64,000 nt of DNA from Geosiphon pyriformis uo1 (Eukaryota > Fungi > Glomeromycota). Below are positions 37,160 through 49,000 of the stretch, piece by piece; within the stretch, counting starts at the first letter, position 1, and the number at the start of each line of letters is the position of its first letter. The stretch lies in NCBI GenBank assembly GCA_016748015.1, contig JAAOMT010000790.1:147610-211609 (forward strand), given 5' to 3'. The translations under genes were made by a program, and so were the position numbers. The notes under the pieces are model-generated. The model did not search any database. It had not been told where the DNA came from and worked only from the letters and a program-made list of their open reading frames with translations.

Positions 37160-38560
37160 TGAATTTATGCATTTGGACAAGTCTGACAATTCTTAGATTG
37201 CAATAGAAATTACTGATTATATTTCAGCTGTCTCTTGTTAACACTTGTCAAGAAATCTAAATCCAAACTATGGTTGCTCAGTTACTCGTAGATATTTTCG
37301 ACACTGCTCAACAAGTGAACCAAAAAACCTGTGGCTAAGGTTAAAGTTGCGAAAGAGAACCTTGATAAAAAATTAAGTCCTTCATGTGGTTCAAGCGTCA
37401 CTAAAAAAGCAAGCGAAACCTCGTAGTATAGCAAAAGCATTTTTTACTGCTAAAGATGTAAGCAAACAGTCTTTACATCAATTGTCTCTTTGACGAATAA
37501 TACTAATAGAAATTCTATTTTCGAAAACTTCATGTTAGCCAAGGAAGTTACACAATTATCCAATGAATTGAGAGAGACAAGCTTAGATTTAACTTTGTTT
37601 GTTGTCACAAACACTGATCTTCCAAATAGAGTACCCCATAATGACCTGAAGATCCCGATAATGATCTTATTGAAGAAGCAATCCCAATTGTTCATTATAG
37701 CCAGAATCATGTAAGAAACAGATGTCACCAAAAAGGGGTTGCAATAACAACAGAAAATATGTTGGATTTCAGGAAATATCGGGAAAAAAAATTGCTTTTG
37801 GAGGAAATTGATAAAACCTCAGGGATTTTTATAATTGTGAGTTAATTTTTCATACTATTAAGTAAAAGAAGAAATTCATTGAATTTTACGTTTTCTTTGA
37901 TACTTAATCTTAATTATGGAGTTGGTGAGGGCAAATAACAGCGACTTGCAAAGCTATTTCAAGATTGAAAACCCGATTGGATTGGGATCAAAAATTCGGT
38001 ATGGCGACTGCTTTAGAATTTTGCCGTGGAAAGAATATATTTCATCATGATGTTAGAAGGTATTTAGACCACCATATTATAAATTATCAAAGTTAGCTTT
38101 CAAGATAACGAAAATTTGAGGCTAATAATAATTTTGAATTATCATTCAAATCTTAAGTCATAATATCTTATTCGAATCTGAGACTTACAAAATTTCAATT
38201 ATCTCGAGCTTATACTTTTGATGCTCAGAGGTTTAAATATTCAATTGTCAACATTTTGGAGAAAATGATAAATAGGATTTAGAATAACCGAGATATACGA
38301 GGGATTGTAATGTTTACAGAGTAAATATCTTCTGAGCTGAATGAAAGCAGCATATAAGAAACAATTTGGACGATGGTAATTTCTATCAATAAATAAAATA
38401 TAGGCAAAGATAGCCGATTATTGAACTTGATGTCAGTTTAAAAAAGTCCGGTAATTATTTATAGTTCAGCCTATTGCTGCTTTCCAAAAACATAAATTGA
38501 ATGTTGGCGAGAATCTTTAAAAAAGGCTGATAGAATGGACAACCCTAGAATTAAAAGCCT
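37160..38560 (+). pseudogene. Pseudogene: MLKL-like N-terminal helical domain plus TKL-type (pseudo)kinase
   Basis: Frame-broken pieces in the expected order: MVAQLLVDIFDTAQQVNQKTC (37270), VAKVKVAKENL, FMLAKEVTQLSNELRETSLDL, IEFY, LILIME, LDWDQKFGMA.TALEFC.GKNIFHHDVRS|HNIL (38043-38059, intron, 38158), LTKFQLSR. Confidence 0.65.
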
Positions 38561-38840
38561 TGTAGCAATCGAGTTATTCTTTAAGCAAATTTTAATATAT
38601 CAAAGTTTGAAATTTGTTTAGTGGGTTTATGATTCTGGTTTGCTTTTAGTTATCTGTTCAGCTTTTGAATGTGGTAAACTAGTTGATTGTCATTATAAAG
38701 GGTAAAAGTGCAAATACTATTTGAAAAAAGCAACAAAGTAGTTAAAGTTTTTATCATTCAAAAAATCCATTTTATTTAGAAATATTTATGAAAAAAATTA
38801 TTTTTTACAATTTATTTAAGCAATATATTTTAATAATAAT

Positions 38841-38873
<33 letters not shown>

Positions 38874-39508
38874 TCATTTTACTTTTTATTATTAAAAATT
38901 ATAAAAATTATAAAAAATTTAACATTTAAAAATATATAAAATTATAAAATTATAATATTGAATTTATTTATTTTTTTTGATTAATTCATCTTATTCAAAT
39001 TAACATTATGTTTTGATAAATTATTAACTTTATTAAAATTTTAATTGGTTTAACAAATATTTGAAAATTAAAGTAATATATATATACATTACATACTTAT
39101 AATAAAGTGCATAAACTAAAAAAGAATATATATTAGATTATAAAATTATTGGGCTTCAAACAATTTTGCTGAATGACTTGTTAATAATTTGAAATGTAAT
39201 GTTTGAATTAATTACACCAACAAAAAAGATCAATTGGTTGAATAAAGAGAAAATTTAGGATCAAACCAGATTTGAAAATTAAAAATTTAGAACTTTTGAC
39301 TTTAATTTAACTTTCATTCAACTGATTTAAAAAAAAATTTCAGAATTTGTTCTTAGCGTGTTAAATACATTACACTACTTCAATGGCAGAATGCTACTTC
39401 AATTATAAGTACATCTTTCATTTTTATTCTTATAGTTTTTACAGAAAGATGTGGATAATCTGTGAACTTGCCCAGAATGTGCATTTGGCAGAACGTTAAA
39501 AGTTAATT

Positions 39509-40089
39509 TTATTCTTCAATGTTGACCAATAATAAGGAATCTATTTGTTTTATTGATAATCCATCCACTCTGACGGTCTTTTCTCGTGATTTTAATCCAG
39601 AAATTATCTGAACATCTGATTTTCGCAATTCAAGAATCTGGAAAGGATAAAATGATTTAATTGCACTCGAATTAAAATTAATCAATGATTTTTTTGATGC
39701 AGTGAGAAAACATACCTGGGCCAGAAATGAAATCACCTCTTTATTAGCCTCACCATCCTTTGGCGGTGCTGCAATCTTTTTCGACCATCAGAATGTTAAA
39801 ATTTCATGACGAGAAGGCTCAAAATTCAGATTTTATAATATCACATCACTCAAAGAAATTAGGCCAGTTAGACATGTGTGTTCTCAAAACTCTTAACTTG
39901 TAGCCCAACATATTCATTCGCAATATCTGTAACTCGTGACTCTTTGGCCCCAGGCTTCACCAATAAACTAATCTTTATACTCCTTTCTGATAGTTGAGAA
40001 AATGGAGATTTAGTTTTACTATCTGTGTCAGTCGATTTTTCGCTTTTCTGATGTGAAGGATTTGAACTTGATTTTTTAGATTTTGCCAT
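39509..40089 (-). CDS. UPF0235/DUF167 (YggU/C15orf40-like) protein
   Basis: ISLLVKPGAKESRV...GLQ|IAAPPKDGEANKEVISFLAQ|ILELRKSDVQIISGLKSREKTV. Three exons. Confidence 0.88.
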
Positions 40090-40466
40090 ATTGGTGAATA
40101 GGTGTTGGTAGTGAACGAATTTGAAGGGCTGTATCCCAAAACCTTGATATTAAGAGCGATTTTTAGTGAATCACTTTAAAAGCCTGAAAAATTAAAAATT
40201 CAACCCTTTTAGTTATACTTTTAGCGGGCTTGTGAAAAATGAAGAGTGAAAGTTGCATAATGCAGGAGTAATTATTTAATAGCCTCTAAATTGGACTATA
40301 TATACTATCTCTGAGAATCTTGGTTAATCCATGCAGATCAGAAACTACCAGGGCAAATAAGGATGAATTAGAATCGAGTTAGGGTCCCTTTTACTCAACT
40401 TCAAAAATTTTGTAGCAAAGCTTTAAGAGTACAAAAAAAGGCGATCCTCTCTTTGCTATCCAAAAA

Positions 40467-43400
40467 ATGAGTAGAAAAAGAGCAGAATCCTTAAAAAATG
40501 CCTCGTTGCCACTTCCCACCGCTAGTCGTCCTCAGCCAGAAGATGCTTCGCTATTGAACTACAAGGATAGGCAAGAGATCAATTTTGTTGAGTGACAAGA
40601 TTGGGTTAATTTCTGTTTTAACCATATTCACTATCTTTCTAGTGGCATGCTTCTTCTATCTTTAATACAGTCACGTCAAGCATGGACCTCTTCTACATTC
40701 AAGAAATTTTCTTACAGACACGATATTGAATTTAAACCAAAACTACCTGAGGATACCAATCCTAACCCAACAATCACATCTTTAGGAAAGTGCAATATCA
40801 CAATTGGCCCACATACATTCTATGACACTCGCTTATTGGAGGTTATATACGAAAGAGAGGAATCTCTGATTCCCTTATCATCCAAAATTGCATTTCCAAA
40901 ACAGGCATCTGTACAATCGCATCAATCCAGACCTCAACAGTCTATTCGTCCACAGCCACAACCAATAGCCCCTCAAATTCCATTGCCACCACCTCCTCAG
41001 GTTGTAATTCAATCACAAGTAATGCTGCAACCCCAAGTAGTGATACACCAAACCCCTCTGCCTCAAAACTTGTCAACTGTACGGCCATCATCAATGAATC
41101 GTGTCCTTGCGGCCGCTCCTATACCTGCATCATCTACATCTAATTTATCTAGCAGATCAGTGGCACCCGCACCTACTACTGAATCTAATTCACCTCCCAA
41201 CGAAATTGCTAACCGAACTTCAATTCCGGCATCAACACAGATTCAAAATTCAACTTCAGTGTCTGCAACCAACAATTCTTATACTACTCCAGGAAACCCA
41301 ACCACTTCTACTCCACAACTCACAGCATTTATGCAAACAGTTCTTCAGTCTGTAAATCCGACTCAGATTCTTGCTCTCCAGGCATTACTGAGACAACAAC
41401 AATCCGGTATTCCTTTAAGCTTGGAACAACGCAATGCTTTGCTTCAACAATTGACTGCACTCCATCAATTATTAAGTTCTTCACAACAGATTCAGCCTCA
41501 AATCAACCCTCCAGCCACCCAGCCTAATCAAATAAATCAGACAACTCAGTCAATAATACCTCCGATTCTACCCTCCCCACTAGTGGCAGCGATCCCGACA
41601 CCGCGAATCTCCCCAACACAAACATCAACGGTCCCAATACCAAACATAGCGCGAGCACTCCCTTCCGCTCAAATTTCGCGATCCGCAACTACTCCGGTAC
41701 TTTCTTCCAAAACTCAACGTCAATTTGTTCGACATGATGTCATAATTGAATTCCGAGAGAATAAGTACGATCGATGGCTCTTCCCTAAAGATGCGATTCT
41801 TGAGGCTACAACAGCCACGCCTCCGTATGAAGTATGCATTACTATGTTGATAAGATATTTCGGTTGTTTGAAGGATGATATAAAAAAAATCATCCCAACC
41901 GAATTTTAGGTGCTCGCATCGTTTTATCTTCCACAGAATGAGGAAAATTTTCTCGGCCCTCGTCAAAAATACCAAGCTGTTACAATGGAGCTGAGTCACG
42001 TTTCCCAACCTATATGGGATGCCTTACGGCGATCTACAAATGATTTGACTTTGGCATATCAATCAATGGTTCCGAAAGTCAGTATACTCTCTATTGCCCC
42101 TGATTAATTATTGAGATGAAATAATTGAAACCGTGGGTTTTAGCCATATTTTACAATTTATTCACCAATAGACCGCTCATAATCCCCCTCGGGAATATTT
42201 GCAATATCGTTTACCATGTGATTATCCTCCGGAATTTTTGGAAGTAGGTAAAAATAAAATGATAAATAACCTATCTAAATTTTTAATTCTCTGACAATAT
42301 TTTTATCTCCAACATTCTAAAAGTTAATCGCTCAGAGGGTGGCAAAACTGGATGGTACACTACAAATTGAGACCGTACAACCAAGTGTTTCAAGGGAAAA
42401 AAAAAGGAAAGCGGAAAAAGATAAGGAGAGAGATGAATCTAAAGAGAAGGAAGTTGATAAAGAAGAAGAGACTAAGAATAAAGTAAAGGAAAAAGAGAAG
42501 GGTAAAGGCAAGGGAAAAGAGAAAGACAAAGATATAGAGGTCGAAGAACTAATTTCGGATGAAGTAAGACAAATTATTTGTTGGTTATTCCTCTTATAAA
42601 TACTAAAACTATTCTTTCGCAGCCGGAACAACAAAAACCCGCTAAGAAAGCCAGGACAATGCCAAAGAATACCGAAGGTAATTAATGTACTTTATAAATT
42701 ACAAATTATTCTTTTTATAGCTGCAGATAATTTCTCATTGTCATTGATAGCGAATTCAAAAATTTCGACAACAGCAAATCCAAAGACTTCAGGGAATACG
42801 AGAGCTTCGTCATCAGCCACTCCAAAAAAGTCGAAATTGACTCAAGAAACTTCAGCAACCACTGAATCAACTAATCCACCTTCCGCTACAAGCGGTGCCA
42901 ATAAAAGGTGTGCTTATTGTAGTTGCAAGAGCACTCCAATGTGGAGAAGAGGCCCCGATGGCGCTGGTAAGAGATATTAGTTTATGTTCTGTGCTATTTG
43001 CAAAATTTATCAAAGAATTCTGATTACCCATTCCAAAAGGCACCCTTTGTAATGCTTGCGGAGTTAAATGGAAACAAGGCAAGATCTTGAGCGGAGCAAA
43101 TCCCGCATCTGTAAAACCGCGTGTTGTATCGCGCACCAACAATGAAGCTACTGATACCACCGCAACACCAACTGTGAACCCTAAAGGAAAAAGGAAATTG
43201 AGCTTGGCATCTGCTACTATTACTACTCCTTCATTAAGAAAAAAAACCGCTCGTTCACTTTCACTTAGTGAAGAAGGGACATTCTCGGTTACAGACGAAG
43301 ATGATGGCCTTGAAAAAATCCAATCTACTACTGCGAGTAAAGTCGCCGTCATTCCACAGAAAGGGCGACGAACATCCACCACTTCAAAGAAAGCGGCTAA

Positions 43401-44231
43401 TTCCCAAGGTAAGGATTTTTGTGATTTTGATTCTGTTAATTGTGGGATTTATTTGGTTTATTTTTAAGGATGCCTATTTTTGCATAGTTGAAACTATCAG
43501 TCAACCAAGTACCACACCACTCAGTATACTTGGTGGAGATTTAGCAGAATCTCCAGGTTGTATCTGATATTCGGCCAATTTAATTTTACTTTTCGTTAAA
43601 TATTTTAACCTCTTATTTAGACGCGACTTCACCCGAGAAGCTCAGCCCTTCTCGATTGCCTCAAGATACAGCAACATTAGGGGTATCTTCATCGAATCTT
43701 CGTCCCCATACTGCTGCTCAAACCACGTCGTCATCTGAATACCCAATCTCGTTGAAATTAACTTCAATCGCTTTTGGACCAAATAATGCTACTTTTGTTC
43801 AGCCGAATTGTTCGGTTGCACTTTTTGAAAATTATATCAAGATAAGATTAGCGAGGGATGGTTACGAAAGAACAAGCATCGATATTTGGAAGGAGAGTAT
43901 AGAAGACATAGAGTTTATGACAGACCAAGAAACTGTCGCCAGTACACCTTTTTTAACAATCAAAGTATTGATTGGACAGTATTTGACACGGTAAGAATAA
44001 TTTCGGGATCCTTTTGTCTTGATGAATATTTTGTGTTCAAGAAACTAACTTAGCAAGCACATTTTCAATTCTTGGATTCGAAGTTTCGATCAGGAATTAT
44101 TAAATCCCGATCGTAACGAAACTCTTGTAATTTTGAAATGTTCGAACGCTGCTTCAACAACAGACAGTGGGGTGGAAAAAGAAAGCAAAGATTTAAAACT
44201 GTTAATTCAGAAATGGTTACAGCAATCTTAG
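40467..44231 (+). CDS. GATA-type (CX2CX18CX2C) zinc-finger protein with a Swc3-like N-terminal region
   Basis: CAYCSCKSTPMWRRGPDGAG|TLCNACGVKW. Swc3-like blocks LPLPT...KDSGMLLLSLIQSRQAW, GPHTF and IIEFREN..DRWLFPKDAILE. P/Q/S/T-rich and K/E-rich linkers. Stop at 44229-44231. Confidence 0.75.
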
Positions 44232-44611
44232 TTCGTAAAGTTTCATATTAATATTTTGCCTGACACCATGTCAATAACATCGAATTAATCCAAGTCACGA
44301 GATCCCTGTAAAAATATAAAAAACATAAGCAGAGGAAGGCTATCGATTCCCATATACAGCAAATGCATTAACTAAATTCAGATTTTGTTTCCTAAAAAAT
44401 TTTGAGGGTGTTGGGCTGAAAAACGGGGTTTCTAATGACATGATATTTTTTCTTGAGTGATTGTGACTTGAGATAGGCAAGCTGTAAAAAAAGGGTTTCA
44501 ACCACCATTGATGAAAGAATGTACCCTTTTGATTTTATCATCGATCTTGGAGTCACGTACTTTGAATTTAAATATTTTTTGAATCTGTAATATCTGTAGG
44601 ATTTCGCAAGT

Positions 44612-45831
44612 ATGTTCCCACGCATTTTTTGCCGATTCGCTAATCCCTCTATTCCATCATTTACCTTAATCAAAAAATTAAATCTTACAAACCTACAACA
44701 AATAAAATCTTTCAGTACGATTCAGACATCAAATTTTAAAAAATCATATTCCCATCAAAAATCTCGCATCCTTTTTTATGTCCTTGGAACAGCTCTAATT
44801 GGAGTCTCGGTCTATTTCTCGACAAAACCCAAAACTTCCACATTATCTTCAAATAAATTTACATCGATTCCGTTAACTCATATTAAACCCATCACAAGAG
44901 ACACCTCGATTTTTCGTTTCACCCTTCCACGACCATTAACCGATTCATTCCCCATTACATCATGTGTTCACGTTAAAGATCCTTCACTGCAGATTTTTCG
45001 TGAATACACACCTATTAGTTCATCGGATGAAAAGAATTTTATTGATTTGCTGATAAAACATTATGAAAATGGACAAGTATCACGGTATATTCATAATTTG
45101 GAGATTGGGGATTTGGTAGAGATTCGAGGTCCAATTTCTACTTTTAAGTATCGAGAGAATATGAACAAGAACTTGGGAATGGTATGTGATTTGATGTAAT
45201 GCTGGTCATGTCATAATCTCAACAACAATAATTTTCTCAACCTTAGATTTGCGGTGGAACTGGGATCACCCCAATGTAACTTTATATAAAGCTGATTTTG
45301 AGAAAAGACCAATAAATAATTTACTTTTAATGAATCAAGTCCCTTAAAAGTACATTTTTCATTTTAGGTACCAAATCATCAACCACATTCTCAATTCCCC
45401 ATCCGACACCACCAATATCTCACTTATCTACGCCAATAAGACAAAAGATGATATATTATTACATTCAGAACTTGAAGCATTAATTAGAAAATATCCCGAG
45501 CGATTGAAGATCTATTACACGATAGACGTAACACCTTCGGATGAATTATGGAACCAAGGTATTGGGTACGTATCGGTGGATATGGTCAAAATTAATATAC
45601 CACCACCCCAGGCGGATATATTAATACTTGTTTGTGGGCCTGATCCGTAAGTATGAAAAAATGTTTTTGAACGTACAATCTACTATTGAGACCGTGATAT
45701 AACATGCCCTTGTATTACTTAGAATGGTTAGAAATGTGGGTGGTGGCAAGGGAAAAGATTGGTCGCAAGGACGCTTAGGAGGTGTTCTCAAGAATTTAGG
45801 GTATAATGAGGGTCAAGTATTTAAATTTTGA
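44612..45831 (+). CDS. NADH-cytochrome b5 reductase family flavoprotein, probably Cyc2-like (mitochondrial)
   Basis: Presequence plus TM; KDPSLQIFREYTP; IKHYENGQVSRYIH; EIRGP; ICGGTGITPM; LVCGPDPM; QGRLGGVLKNLGY...VFKF*. Confidence 0.82.
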
Positions 45832-46037
45832 AGTGAATTCTTAATCAACATTATGTCAGATGATCAATTGTGGGAGTTATATCTATTTAAAAAAAAGCTA
45901 AAACATAAAATGTTCGTTAAGGGATAATCTAGCTGTTTTTGTACGCTTGTTAACTATAGATTAAAATCTGATTACAGAATAATTTAATAAATAAATATTT
46001 TGAAAAAGCTCCATATCTCTATTTCAAGAGTATATCT

Positions 46038-49000
46038 CTATTGCCTAGTTAAAGCAGAAGTTGTTGAAAAAGTTGGCAAAAGGATTTGAGGCTCATTTAT
46101 GCAAGTTAAAGAATTCCAAAATTGTTTTTGTGCTGGGTCCTTGAATCGTTGGACAATATTATCTTAAATATAGAAAAAATATGTGTTATAATTAGCTTGC
46201 AGGTTTGGATAAAAAATATACAACTATTGTGAAAAATCATTAAATTTTTACCAAATCCTAAACCAGGTAAAGATTGCGACAGCTCACGTTCCATTTTTGT
46301 GGTAATATTAAGCATTGGCTCCAAGTACGCAGTCTTTATGAATGGTTCAAGGTCTTCAGATATTTGTGGCTGGCAATTTTGTAAGAACATCTCAAGTGCG
46401 AACACGAGATGATTAATGGTGGCAATCTCCAGGATTTTTGCAGTTATTTCGAGTTCGTTGATCTCATTCTGTAGTGCGTCAGGGTCATCGTTTTGCTCCA
46501 TAGTATCATTCAAGTCCTCATCATTATTCTCTATCTGCAAATCCTCTTTGATTTGATTATATGATGTTTCTGGCTGCTTGACACCTTGCAAAACATCCTT
46601 AATAACTTCGAATAGATCAGTGGTTGGATGGAGGGATGCATGAAAGAATTTCGCACCATTCAATAAGCACGCCCATGCTTGATCATAATGCCGTTGTCTA
46701 ACAGCCAAGATACACAAGGTAACAAAAGCAGCTAGTGTTATCTGCTGTATTCGAGTTCCTGGAACTATTGAGGAATTCCGGAATTCGGTAGATACATATG
46801 GGAACCACTCCTTAAAATCAGATAAGATATCCCTATTGTCAAAAAACCTGTCTAGTTAAATTTTAACTCATTGCCTAACATAAATAAAACATATTTTACT
46901 ATTGAATTACCTGGCCCATTTGATTAAATGTTCTTCGATTACAAGTTGGGGTCTGCTAAAAGCTAAAGTAGTTAATGCGTAAGAACCAGTTATTAATGCC
47001 TCAACCATTTGTTCTGTATTAGTTGCCGATACTATTCCTGCCTTGAGTAAATGGAATGGTAAGGTATATGAATCTGTCTCGATGCATCTTGTATTGAAGA
47101 AAACAAAATTAAGGAAAAAGGAAGAAAAGCGATAAAAAGCAACGCCTTTACTAGCGAAAATCAAATCGACTTTATCAAGGATATGTTATAAGGGTTTCTT
47201 CGATATCTGAAAAGGGCATGCCAATGGTATCACAAATTGTTCGAAGGCCTTTATGCAGTTGATCCAAATAATCGGTGTAGTAAAGGCTTTTTGCGAAAAG
47301 TGTGGTATCCTCGACGATGATCCCGACACCATCTAAAATTTGCTAGAAAGATTTGAAGAAATTTAAACAGAGCCATCAGCATTAATAAGTAGTACATATT
47401 TGAGAGTAAGATGTAATTAGATTACTTGTGATAAGCGCTTCACCAAGGTAAATTTATAGCTGCTAAGATCTTTGTCATCAAGTAAAGTTATCGTTTTAAT
47501 CATTTTGCTACCATCTTCATGGTTCCCTGAAATCTCACTTGCAAAGATATCCAGAGTATTTGAAAGATGCGGACTATTACTTTTCCATGACAAACTCTGT
47601 GGCTTATGGGAGAAAGAGCCTAGTGAAGGACTTTCCAATGACATCGGCTCCTGCGAAAAAATGTCCCGAGTATAGCTAGTAAGATTATCTGATCCACGAG
47701 AAGTGGGTTCATTCCAGCTCCAATCATCAAAATTCATAACGCCACTAGAAATGGCATCGCTGCTAGGGAGGGGCACGTCAAGGATTGTACTTCTTTTTCG
47801 AAGATGTAGCATTTTTTCAGGAGTACTTGAATTAGGTTCAAATGTGAAAACCCATGTTTTCAAAACATGAAGAGCTAGCAATGGACAACCCATTCGTTCG
47901 TATGCGAAAATTGCCCCCAAAACTAAAGAATACTCGGTCTCCATGGATATCTCAGCAGCCCCTCTGAGGGTTTGTACCGTCTTTTCCTTGAGTTGTTTGT
48001 ATAGAATTATTAAAGCAGCGTCCTGAATCTCTTTATCATATGTCGAAGGTCCTCGTTTCTCCTTTGGCTCGTATAATTTTTCAAGAGGTAACTAAATTGT
48101 TAAAAAATTGATTAGAACTTCTTCTAAAAATGGATCAAAGCTGAATTTGGTTTGTAAATAATGAGACCATTGTAGCTTGAATAGCACGATCTCTTTGGTT
48201 CATAATCCAAAATGCCATATGTGCTAGCCAACGGTCACCTGTTCCAACAGCAAGCGGTAGTATATGTCCTTCAATGATGCTCTTCAAGACGGGGCCATCA
48301 TCACCTGGGTAAGAATTAAAAGTAAAGGAAATCGTCACAATCAATTCTAAAAGTAATAATTGAAATCACTCTGAATATACCTTCGTATACTCGACATATG
48401 GCAACCGCTAATTGGAAATCGTCAAGATTTTTCAGACAAACATTGACCGCATCCTTGAGGCGATCACCAAGCAAGAAAAAGGAAGCAGCATACTCTTGAT
48501 CGATTGATGAAAAGATTTTTAAATAACATGCAAAGATGATTTGATGAGACAAAGAATATGAAATAATAATCAACCATATCGCTGTTTCCCTAGCAAAGCA
48601 TATGCGTTCTTGAGGGCCGCTGTCTTCCATCTTTGTTCTTCAAAGTCATTGGCAAGAAAGTGCATGATCTTTCCTTTTTCCGGATGATGATTTGCGGTTC
48701 GCCATAATGCTAAAAGTAGTTTTTTTTTGCGTAGCGCTATATAAAATAGAGCAGCATCGGAGGGATCTCTCTCCTCCTTTGAGAGATATTGGTTTCTGGC
48801 GATTATTTCCATTTGTTGGCGCTTAATGAGACAACAGGTGAGGTCAATTTCAAGAAAAAATACCAAAAAAAATTTCACTGAGCACGTACCACCATCTCTA
48901 TATTACGTAACCACAAAAAAACTCCGTGAATTCTAGCATCTTTCCATAAAAATTTTCCACCTGAAGCAGCGATGCTATACTCGAGTAACAAGTCCTAATC

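Noticed and set aside
44612-45831. b5 reductase as a third member of a sterol gene cluster
   Set aside because: The presequence and the KDPSLQIFREYTP/YENGQVSR motifs look Cyc2-like (mitochondrial), not like the ER Cbr1 that serves sterol enzymes.
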